Source: a virus (taxonomy: Duplodnaviria > Heunggongvirae > Uroviricota > Caudoviricetes). Taken from it: DNA of 64,000 bases. Location of the stretch: the IMG/VR virus record IMGVR_UViG_3300029705_000015; one strand, given 5' to 3'. Position numbers and translations under genes: made by a program. Below are positions 27,009 to 34,982 of the stretch, one piece after another. Under the pieces are notes generated by a model. That model saw only the letters and a program-made list of their open reading frames with translations, was not told the origin of the DNA and searched no databases. Each line of letters opens with the position of its first letter. The stretch's first letter is position 1.

Positions 27009-27833
27009 ATGACTTATGATTTTCCGGATGGAATGACATATACTGAAATGGCTATCTGGATTGACGAACATGTTTATCAAGATAACTTAGATGAGGGGCT
27101 TCTGTATCAATATCTGTATCATCTGTCTCATATGTTAGCAGGTCAGCATTCATTGTTTAGAACTGCACAGGAGTATGATCAATTTTCGTTGTACTCGGCA
27201 TCCAGATTGTTTCAACGCTTGATGAATGTTAAACAATATGAATATGATGAGTCTAACAAACCAAAAATGAATCAGATCAAAAGTATCCTCAACTACATCA
27301 AGAAAATATTGTATCCTTACAAAGTTGACTTTGAAGTAGAAATCAAGAGTGAGACTAAAGATATTGATATTATACCTACAGGAACATTTGATCTTGGTTC
27401 TCACATGGTTGAATCTGCAAGTCTTTTTGATAAGATTGAATTCAGCCTTGCGTTAGATTCTATTGCTCAAATTGTTAAATCTCACCTTCGTAGAATCCCG
27501 ATTCGTAAGAACAGCTCAGAATGGGATAACATATATCTTAGCTGTATGTTAACTTTGCTGGACTCAGTAACATTATCAAGACAAACATTAGCCAGGTATG
27601 AGTCCGCTCAACGCATTAACAAGGATGCGTTTCTAGATCAAGCGTATCAGGATATGAGGTACAAAGATCCCATCTTGTATCACTTACCAGACTCAATGGC
27701 AAACTATATTCGGGTTCTTGTTAATGAACTTCGTCATGTTATTGCTGCAGAGCTGAGTTGGAAGAGTGAATGCTACATTCCCCCAGATGCTTCAATGAAG
27801 AGTTTAATCTGTACAACAATGGAATCAAAATGA
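27009..27833 (+). CDS. Hypothetical helical protein (possibly sigma-like)
   Basis: 274 aa; weak region-2-like pattern. Confidence 0.55.
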   Translation: MTYDFPDGMTYTEMAIWIDEHVYQDNLDEGLLYQYLYHLSHMLAGQHSLFRTAQEYDQFSLYSASRLFQRLMNVKQYEYDESNKPKMNQIKSILNYIKKILYPYKVDFEVEIKSETKDIDIIPTGTFDLGSHMVESASLFDKIEFSLALDSIAQIVKSHLRRIPIRKNSSEWDNIYLSCMLTLLDSVTLSRQTLARYESAQRINKDAFLDQAYQDMRYKDPILYHLPDSMANYIRVLVNELRHVIAAELSWKSECYIPPDASMKSLICTTMESK

Positions 27834-28213
27834 CAATAAAAGAAGAATTACAAAAGTTGAAAGAGCCTGATCTCTGGAGTTTGTTGCTATTTGCATTATT
27901 CAAACTGAAGGATATTCCAGAGTACTCAAGCATCAGTGAGCTATCATACATACTTGATAGAAAAAACATGTTAAAACTATGTGAGTATTATGGTGGATCC
28001 ACAATTCGCATCCCAACAATTGAAGAGCTGGAAGAAATGATCTACGGGTTATCGGTGTATCAACAAGTGAACATCGAAGGTAAACGACTGGAAGATGTTT
28101 TATCCAGCTTATCTGACGCTGTTGAGCTGAAGTCTGTAAAACAAGCTTACAGTAAAATTCGTGATACCTTATCAAACTATGATCTAACTGCGAGAGCAAG
28201 AAATGATATCTAA
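27830..28213 (+). CDS. Mor-family transcription activator-like protein
   Basis: MLKLCEYYGGSTIRIP signature; start reassigned to ATG 27830. Confidence 0.6.
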   Translation: MTIKEELQKLKEPDLWSLLLFALFKLKDIPEYSSISELSYILDRKNMLKLCEYYGGSTIRIPTIEELEEMIYGLSVYQQVNIEGKRLEDVLSSLSDAVELKSVKQAYSKIRDTLSNYDLTARARNDI

Positions 28214-28406
28214 CTTTTGCAGAATGGCTCTAAAAGAGCTTTCTCATTATAAACACTCCGACAAGGAAGATCTTCTTTTGCAACACATCAATTCTAGACT
28301 TGTAAAATCTTTCAATACATATGAGGAAGAATTAGACGCAAGTATTGGTTATCTTAAAAGACGAAATGAATTGAATGTTATGAAGAAGATGAATAGACTA
28401 CTATGA
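28203..28406 (+). CDS. Hypothetical protein
   Basis: 67 aa, overlaps both neighbours. Confidence 0.55.
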   Translation: MISNFCRMALKELSHYKHSDKEDLLLQHINSRLVKSFNTYEEELDASIGYLKRRNELNVMKKMNRLL

Positions 28407-28729
28407 ATAAACTCATTGAAGACCTCTCAACAATTACAACAATTCCACAAAGAACTCTTGACAATTTGGTGGATAAAGCTGTATCTTGCATCTGTCATTC
28501 GGTTTTTGAAGGAATTCGTGAAAAAGAATCATTAACAAAGATTGATATTGGGGTTGGTATCTTGTATATCAATTGTGAGGGTGACAATGTTAAATATAAA
28601 TTTATTCCCTCAAAAAAGCTGGAGGAATCGGTAGCAACAACCGTTTTAACAAATAAAAGTCCCTTGATTATGCAGGTAGAGACTTCATTGAAAGAACGAC
28701 TTGATGCTACATATAAGAATCTACTATGA
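28403..28729 (+). CDS. HU/IHF-like DNA-binding protein with shortened arm
   Basis: MNKLIEDLS...LDNLVDK, IDIGVGILYI, VKYKFIPSKKLEESV. Confidence 0.5.
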   Translation: MNKLIEDLSTITTIPQRTLDNLVDKAVSCICHSVFEGIREKESLTKIDIGVGILYINCEGDNVKYKFIPSKKLEESVATTVLTNKSPLIMQVETSLKERLDATYKNLL

Positions 28730-29262
28730 CAGATAACGAGAATACAACATTAGTTGACACTTCTTCTATTGATCAAGAAACAAATAGTCTGGCTATGAAG
28801 ATTCTTGAAGAGACTGATCCAGATAAGGCAAAGCAACTGATTGCATTGTTTAACTGGAATCTCTCAAAAAAGAATACATCCCGAATCTTGAAATTGAATG
28901 GCTTATATGATGATGTAACAGAGCAGATGGTAACAAGATTTAGAACAAGATCTGATCAATTTACTAATTCTGATTTGTTGGATTACATGAAGGCTGTTCA
29001 AGGAGCGATTGATACCTCTACAAAGAATCTTGTGCAGATGGAAGAACCTCCAACAATTGTACAACAACATAACACTCAGATAAATGTAAATGTTGTCGAT
29101 TCTTTTGATAGAGACGCGAAGGAACGAATTCTTGCAGCAGTTCAGGCTGTTATGAAAAACGCACAAGCTGCTCCAGTTACTGATGTTCCTATAGAAGCAG
29201 TCGCTGAAACTGCAATTGATGAATTAGAGTCAGTTGTAGATAACTCAAAGGAGACAACATAA
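28726..29262 (+). CDS. Hypothetical protein
   Basis: 178 aa ORF. Confidence 0.65.
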   Translation: MTDNENTTLVDTSSIDQETNSLAMKILEETDPDKAKQLIALFNWNLSKKNTSRILKLNGLYDDVTEQMVTRFRTRSDQFTNSDLLDYMKAVQGAIDTSTKNLVQMEEPPTIVQQHNTQINVNVVDSFDRDAKERILAAVQAVMKNAQAAPVTDVPIEAVAETAIDELESVVDNSKETT

Positions 29263-29266
29263 ACAG

Positions 29267-30574
29267 ATGAGTTTAATCGCATACGACAGTAATCTTGAAA
29301 AACAAGATAACGAAACACAGAGTGAATACATTCAGAGAATTTGTGCAACTAAAGATATTAACAAAATGTCTTGGGAAGCACTTACTAATTATCTGAATGG
29401 AAAATTAAATATAAGTTATAGTGAATCATGGTATCGTAAAAATTTTCATGACGGAAATTTTGCTAAACAAGTAACAGAAGAGCAAGTAAGCTCAAGTACA
29501 ATAACTACAAGTTCCGACGAGGAGTGCAACGGAGATTGTACTTCATGTGAGCATCTAACTGAATGTATGATGCTGATCAAAGCTGATCTCGATGATCAAG
29601 AGGCACGAATTGATAATAAAACTGATGCTCTTAGAAAGCTGCGTGTTACAATAGCTGATGAGCGTGCAGAAAATGCTCGTTATGTTAAACGACTTGCTCG
29701 TGAAGAGAACATCAAAGAAATTGCATATAACTATGCTCAAGTTATGGCAAAGGCGAAGCGTCTACCGCTCATGGTTCGTGAGCCTTGGAAGAATCTCCCC
29801 TCCGTAAAGAAGGAAGGAATCATCTTACTGAGTGACTGGCATTACGGCATTGAGTGTAATAACTACTGGAATATGTTTAATCCCGAAGTTTGTGAAGCCA
29901 GGGTTGCGATGCTGTTGAATAAAGTTCAGCGCATCATTACTGAACATCAGTTGGATACAGTACATGTTTTGAATCTTTCAGATCTTATTGCAGGAAGAAT
30001 TCATTCACAGATCCGAATTGAGAGCAGATTTGATGTTGTTACTCAAACAATGGAAGTTTCAGAAATCTTGGCTGATTTTCTAAATGCTTTAACTGCAAAA
30101 TGTGATGTTAAATATTATGACTGTTTAGATAATCACAGTAGACTTGAACCTAATAAGAAAGAGTCAATTGATCTTGAGTCAATGGTTCGCATCATTCCCT
30201 GGTATTTGAAATCTAGGTTAGCAAAGAACTCAAGAGTTACAATCTGTAACAATGAGTTTAGTGCTGACATCATTACATGTAATGTTTTGGGGCATGACAT
30301 TATCGGTGTGCATGGGGATAATGATCGTCCTACAGACGCACTTGAGAAATTGAGCTTGATGACTCATAAACACTATGATATGTTGTGCACAGCTCATCGC
30401 CATCATTTCGCTGCAGATGAACAACATCAATCAGTTGTTGTGTCAAATGGTTCTTTGATGGGTGTGGATAGTTATGCAGAAAAGTTGAGACTTACAAGTG
30501 ATCCTTCACAAACAATGATTATTGCAACAGAAGATAATGTTTGTGACTGTATCTATAGAATTGTACTTAAGTAA
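29267..30574 (+). CDS. Metallophosphoesterase with N-terminal HTH and coiled coil
   Basis: LSDWHYG, SDLIAG, DNH, HGD, AHRHH, SNGSL. Confidence 0.8.
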   Translation: MSLIAYDSNLEKQDNETQSEYIQRICATKDINKMSWEALTNYLNGKLNISYSESWYRKNFHDGNFAKQVTEEQVSSSTITTSSDEECNGDCTSCEHLTECMMLIKADLDDQEARIDNKTDALRKLRVTIADERAENARYVKRLAREENIKEIAYNYAQVMAKAKRLPLMVREPWKNLPSVKKEGIILLSDWHYGIECNNYWNMFNPEVCEARVAMLLNKVQRIITEHQLDTVHVLNLSDLIAGRIHSQIRIESRFDVVTQTMEVSEILADFLNALTAKCDVKYYDCLDNHSRLEPNKKESIDLESMVRIIPWYLKSRLAKNSRVTICNNEFSADIITCNVLGHDIIGVHGDNDRPTDALEKLSLMTHKHYDMLCTAHRHHFAADEQHQSVVVSNGSLMGVDSYAEKLRLTSDPSQTMIIATEDNVCDCIYRIVLK

Positions 30575-30652
30575 CTTATCTTGCAACTATGCAAGTAAGA
30601 AATAAATTTTTATAAGTCCTCTTGCCGTCGAGTAAGGGGTAAGGAGAAACAG

Positions 30653-31108
30653 ATGAAATTTTATAGCGAACTAACAAAAGAAATCTATGATACCGAAAAG
30701 CAGCTTCAAGATGCGGAGCGTAAGTTTGTCAAAGAAACAAACAAGAATGATATTCGTATGGCAAAGGCTGAAAAGGATGCTCCGGTTAACAAAGTTCCTA
30801 CAAAGAAGCAGTTGGCAGCAAATGTTGAGAAGGCAGAGGAAGCAGTCAATGAAGCTCAGGCTAATCTGAGACTTGCGAATCAGAAGGCTCAGGAGTTGTC
30901 AAAGAAATATCTTGCAGAGATTGACTCTATTGTTGAGCCTGCAAAGAAACAGCTCAAAGATGCTCAGCAGGCAAGATATGATGCAATTCGTAAGTTCAAT
31001 GAAGCTTATGGTGCATATACTACAACTTACACAGGAACAAGAGCAGCTGATGAGTTTGCAAGAGCAGTTGCAGATATGCAGAGCTTTTTCCCGTTGTTTA
31101 GATTCTAA
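30653..31108 (+). CDS. Coiled-coil hypothetical protein
   Basis: Ala/Lys/Glu-rich heptads; SD aaggag. Confidence 0.7.
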   Translation: MKFYSELTKEIYDTEKQLQDAERKFVKETNKNDIRMAKAEKDAPVNKVPTKKQLAANVEKAEEAVNEAQANLRLANQKAQELSKKYLAEIDSIVEPAKKQLKDAQQARYDAIRKFNEAYGAYTTTYTGTRAADEFARAVADMQSFFPLFRF

Positions 31109-31154
31109 GATAAATAATTCACAGATAACTTCAAGGATGTAGAATAACATGATT

Positions 31155-31212
31155 ACAAGACTCGAGAACAAATGATCTATTTCAGTTTGTAAACTCGAGT
31201 CTTGTTTGTTTG
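31155..31212 (+). terminator. Long terminator-like hairpin
   Basis: acaagactcgag/ctcgagtcttgt 12-bp stem, inner stem, ttgtttgt tail. Confidence 0.7.
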
Positions 31213-31227
31213 TAAGAAGGAGAACTC

Positions 31228-31782
31228 ATGATTGCATTGAAACATTTGAAAACAATTCTAACTCATAAGAAATGGGTGTTTTTCTTTGCTAGAAAACTTG
31301 GAATAGGATGGCAAGGTTTTTGGCACGATATGTCAAAGTTTAGTCCTACCGAGTTCATGGAAAGCATCAAGTACTATACAGGAACTCGTAGTCCTATCGA
31401 TGTTTGTAAAGAACAGAACGGCTACAGCAGGGCTTGGTTGCACCATAAAGGTAGAAATCCACATCATTATGAGTACTGGCAAGATAATTTTGATAAGGGC
31501 GGGGAGCCCTTGAAGATGCCTGATAAATATGTAAAGGAAATGATTTGTGATTATCTTGCGGCTGGAAAAGCTTACATGAAGGACTCGTTTACATTTCAAG
31601 CTGAATGGGAATGGTGGGGCAACAAGAATAAGAATAAACTTGCAATGCATCCCGATAACTGGATTGTTATCAACACTGTTCTTGCAAATCTAAGTATTCA
31701 TTTTGAAACACGAGCAGTTGAAGATTTTGATCACAGAGACTGGATTTACTTCCGTAGACTTGTAAAGAGAGTGCTTTCTTGA
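31228..31782 (+). CDS. DUF5662-like protein (second paralog)
   Basis: WHDMSKF, AWLHHKGRNPHHYEYW, EMICDY. Confidence 0.8.
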   Translation: MIALKHLKTILTHKKWVFFFARKLGIGWQGFWHDMSKFSPTEFMESIKYYTGTRSPIDVCKEQNGYSRAWLHHKGRNPHHYEYWQDNFDKGGEPLKMPDKYVKEMICDYLAAGKAYMKDSFTFQAEWEWWGNKNKNKLAMHPDNWIVINTVLANLSIHFETRAVEDFDHRDWIYFRRLVKRVLS

Positions 31783-31834
31783 TTCTACAGAATTGTATAT
31801 CATATTATAACACATGTTAAGGAGATAAACTTTT

Positions 31835-32167
31835 ATGTCAGTAAAAGCAGTTAGAAAATATTACGATCAAATCTGCGAACAGTATCAAGAAATGATGGAA
31901 AATATTCATGATCTGGAAGCAGAAGCTGCACAAGGTATGGTTGAACCTGAGCGTATTGAACGATTGAAAGCTCAGATAGCTCCTATCAAACAGAATTACG
32001 AGCGATGGTCTTACATGATATTTTTGCTGAATCAGCCAGAAAGAAAAAAGAAACAGCCTCGTTATAAAGCTCAGAATAGACGTTTACTGAACTCCTTGAG
32101 CAGAGGTAACAGTTTGGAGGGCGTTCTTGAGGAAAACCGAGAAGCACTCAAACATGTAGGAGAGTAA
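31835..32167 (+). CDS. Hypothetical protein
   Basis: SD aaggag; weak promoter TTGATT-18-TATTAT at 31779-31808. Confidence 0.65.
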   Translation: MSVKAVRKYYDQICEQYQEMMENIHDLEAEAAQGMVEPERIERLKAQIAPIKQNYERWSYMIFLLNQPERKKKQPRYKAQNRRLLNSLSRGNSLEGVLEENREALKHVGE

Positions 32168-32169
32168 CT

Positions 32170-32433
32170 TTGGAAGAGCTGTTAAAGAAGATAGGAATCA
32201 CCGAAAAGGGTGAATATACTAAAGATGGTGCATATGTTGTTGATATTGAAGACTACAATAAATATGGTAAGTATTTTAGTTTACTAGAAAAGAGTGAACT
32301 TGAAGAAGTTCAAGATACCAGTCAGATTACATTGCACACAACAAATGTAACTTATGCTTCAGAAGATTATCAGTTATGCTTACAAGCTGATCTTGATGAG
32401 GATTTATATAAGTTAGTAGTAACTCAATTTTGA
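32170..32433 (+). CDS. Hypothetical protein
   Basis: TTG start after ggagag. Confidence 0.6.
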   Translation: MEELLKKIGITEKGEYTKDGAYVVDIEDYNKYGKYFSLLEKSELEEVQDTSQITLHTTNVTYASEDYQLCLQADLDEDLYKLVVTQF

Positions 32434-32447
32434 TGGTAGGAAGAATT

Positions 32448-33104
32448 ATGGATAAGAATCTAAAAGAAATTATCACAGACGAAGTTGCACTTAGTAACTG
32501 GGCGGTTGAAATTGACACTCGCAAAGAGGGAAAGTTGTTACAAGAGATTGTTCTTGCTCTGAAGGCAACAATGAGAGAACATAATCTTGTTTCTCTTACA
32601 GCTCCACAGATTGGTTATGATCGTAGAGTTATCTGTATGAAATTCGGTGACAAGGATTACAGAACATTTGTTAATCCAATGATCGAAAATAACAGCAACT
32701 TTCAATTTGTTAGAGAAACATGCTCAAGCATTCCTGGCAAGACTTTCATCATGCCCCGATTCAACAAGGTTAGTTTATTCTTCACGACTCCCCTTGGTAA
32801 AGTTGAATCAACAAAGCTTGTTGGATTTTCAGCTTGGAAATTCCAGCACTGCATTGATCATCTGAACGGTATGATGACTTCGGATATTGGGCTAGAAATT
32901 GACGAGTTGTATGATAATGCAACTGATGAAGAGCGGGCAGAAGTACTTCAAATGTACGCTGAGTCTCTTGATATTCGTCAAAAAGCACTTGCAGAGGAAA
33001 TCAAGCAGGATGAGGAGTTGTCACAAATTGAAGACGCCGCTAAGTTCATTATAAGTGTTAAGTCTGGTGAAACTATTCTTGATAACTCAAAGTTAACTGA
33101 ATGA
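32448..33104 (+). CDS. def: Peptide deformylase-like protein with degenerate active site
   Basis: LTAPQIG, FVNP, ETCSSIPG, PRF, QHCIDHLNG. Confidence 0.8.
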   Translation: MDKNLKEIITDEVALSNWAVEIDTRKEGKLLQEIVLALKATMREHNLVSLTAPQIGYDRRVICMKFGDKDYRTFVNPMIENNSNFQFVRETCSSIPGKTFIMPRFNKVSLFFTTPLGKVESTKLVGFSAWKFQHCIDHLNGMMTSDIGLEIDELYDNATDEERAEVLQMYAESLDIRQKALAEEIKQDEELSQIEDAAKFIISVKSGETILDNSKLTE

Positions 33105-33123
33105 TTTAACCAGAGGTATTGTT

Positions 33124-33516
33124 ATGGCAACAAAAGTAAAAGTTAAAAGAAGAATTTCCAAAAGAAGTAATGAAGGAGTTACGCTTGAGGCTGGAGAGCC
33201 TTTTTACAATGCAGTCTCAAAAAGATTGTATGTAGAGGATCATGAGACAAGTTTTCCTACTAAACATGTAGCTCAAGTAACTACAGACACTAGTGTTGCT
33301 GCAAATGTTGTGGCTTTCAGTGTTGGAGGAGATTCTGATAACACATATTCAAAAACAATCAACAATGTTGCAAATGCAACTAATGCAGATGTAGCAACAG
33401 TTGCTCACAAGTTGAATCTTGCAACAAAAGTTGATAATGAACAATTTTATGGAACATCTGCTCCGGCAAACAGTCTTGGAGACAACGGTGATGTTTATAT
33501 TATGTATCAAACTTAA
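33124..33516 (+). CDS. Hypothetical protein with tail-fibre-like motifs
   Basis: AGEPFYNAVSKRLYV and YGTSAP..SLGDNGDVYI motifs. Confidence 0.5.
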   Translation: MATKVKVKRRISKRSNEGVTLEAGEPFYNAVSKRLYVEDHETSFPTKHVAQVTTDTSVAANVVAFSVGGDSDNTYSKTINNVANATNADVATVAHKLNLATKVDNEQFYGTSAPANSLGDNGDVYIMYQT

Positions 33517-33527
33517 GTGAGGATTTT

Positions 33528-34136
33528 ATGAATAACATTAGATTGAAGGGAATCCTCACTAACATTGAGCCTTCACACACAATTCAAGGGATTGAATTCA
33601 ACAAAGCAAACTTGATTGTTAACAGAGAAGATGGAAAAGAAGACACTATAAATATTAGATTCAAGAAATTTTCGAATCCATACTCAGATAATCAAGAAGT
33701 TGCTCTTTGTGGAAATGTTAGATCCTATTCTTCGAAGTTAGATAACGGTAAGAATAAAGTTGAGTTGTATGTGTTCACATATTTTGATCAGCCAGAGTTG
33801 AATGAAGAGGATCAAGAAGAAACAAATCGTATCGACATTGACGGTAGAATTTGTAAGATTGATCCAATCAAGACAACTCGAAATGGAAAGAAGAATCTCC
33901 ACTTCATTCTGGCAAACAACCTCATTGTTAGTGAAGGAACAAAGAAACTTAACTCTTATATTCCTTGTATTGCTTGGGGAAGCCTTGCTGAGGAATTATC
34001 AAAACTCACAGTAAACACAAAACTTGTGGTTACTGGATCACTCCATTCAAGAGAGTACAAGAAAGTATTGCCGGATGGCTCTTTTGAATTCCGCGTTGCA
34101 CATGAATGTGTTGTTAAGGATTATTCAGTTCAATGA
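33528..34136 (+). CDS. ssb: Tandem-OB single-stranded DNA-binding protein (Clostridia type)
   Basis: Two OB-like halves; SYIPCIAWG, GSLHSREYKK, ends EC.V. Confidence 0.8.
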   Translation: MNNIRLKGILTNIEPSHTIQGIEFNKANLIVNREDGKEDTINIRFKKFSNPYSDNQEVALCGNVRSYSSKLDNGKNKVELYVFTYFDQPELNEEDQEETNRIDIDGRICKIDPIKTTRNGKKNLHFILANNLIVSEGTKKLNSYIPCIAWGSLAEELSKLTVNTKLVVTGSLHSREYKKVLPDGSFEFRVAHECVVKDYSVQ

Positions 34137-34489
34137 CGTTTGAGTATTTACAGAGAGTTATTGTTGATGCTCAGTTAGATGTTGACAACATAGGAGAGTG
34201 TGTTCTCAGGGGTCGAAATGATCTTGGAGAAGAATATTATCTCATAATCCGCACAGATATGGGATGGACAGAGCAAATCAATTTTGGTCCGGTCACTCCT
34301 GATGTTGACATTCTGCCGTTTAACATCAACATGAACTATGCTCGTTTTGAGTTCAATCAAAGTAAACTGATGAGAGCAATTGATAAGTTCTTGAACGATC
34401 CGAAAAAGATGATAACACAAGCTGATGTTGTAGATCTTTCGGATATTAGAGAACCCATCATTGATTCTATAAACAAGATAATTCTGTAG
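34133..34489 (+). CDS. Hypothetical protein
   Basis: ORF with ATGA overlap. Confidence 0.6.
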   Translation: MTFEYLQRVIVDAQLDVDNIGECVLRGRNDLGEEYYLIIRTDMGWTEQINFGPVTPDVDILPFNINMNYARFEFNQSKLMRAIDKFLNDPKKMITQADVVDLSDIREPIIDSINKIIL

Positions 34490-34511
34490 TATTTACAGAG
34501 AGGTGAACAGT

Positions 34512-34715
34512 ATGAAAAGTAAGCAACAAGTTCGTGATTACTGTGGAAGAGTTCTCGGAAGTATTGAAACCGAATCCAATGGTGATAAACTTATACGCGA
34601 CTTCTACGGAAGAGTACTAGGTCGTTATGATAAAAGAGCGGATTTAACACGAGACAAGTATGGTCGAGTTGTTGCAAGAGGTGATCAATCTTCAATGTTG
34701 ATAAAACCTCGGTAG
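34512..34715 (+). CDS. Small protein with three RDxxGRV repeats
   Basis: RDYCGRVLG, RDFYGRVLG, RDKYGRVVA. Confidence 0.7.
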   Translation: MKSKQQVRDYCGRVLGSIETESNGDKLIRDFYGRVLGRYDKRADLTRDKYGRVVARGDQSSMLIKPR

Positions 34716-34744
34716 TTGAACATAGTAAGATCAGTTATTATAAT
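34714..34744 (+). promoter_or_regulatory. AGTTGA-type promoter
   Basis: TTGAAC 34716-34721, 17 bp, TATAAT 34739-34744. Confidence 0.85.
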
Positions 34745-34772
34745 ATTGATAGCAAAAACAAGGAGATAAATA

Positions 34773-34979
34773 ATGATTGTTCTTTATTCAAATCATTGTC
34801 CCAGATGCGAAATTCTGTTGACAAAGTTACAAAACAGCGGTGTTGAGTTCACCGTTCAGGACAACATTGATGTACTAACAGAAAAAGGATTTGACTTTAT
34901 GCCTGTTCTGGAAGTCGATGGTAAGTGTCTTAATTTTATTGAAGCAAATACCTACATCAATGATTTGCAGAAGGGATAA
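34773..34979 (+). CDS. nrdH: NrdH-like glutaredoxin
   Basis: YSNHCPRC, MPVLEVDG. Confidence 0.85.
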   Translation: MIVLYSNHCPRCEILLTKLQNSGVEFTVQDNIDVLTEKGFDFMPVLEVDGKCLNFIEANTYINDLQKG

Positions 34980-34982
34980 TTT

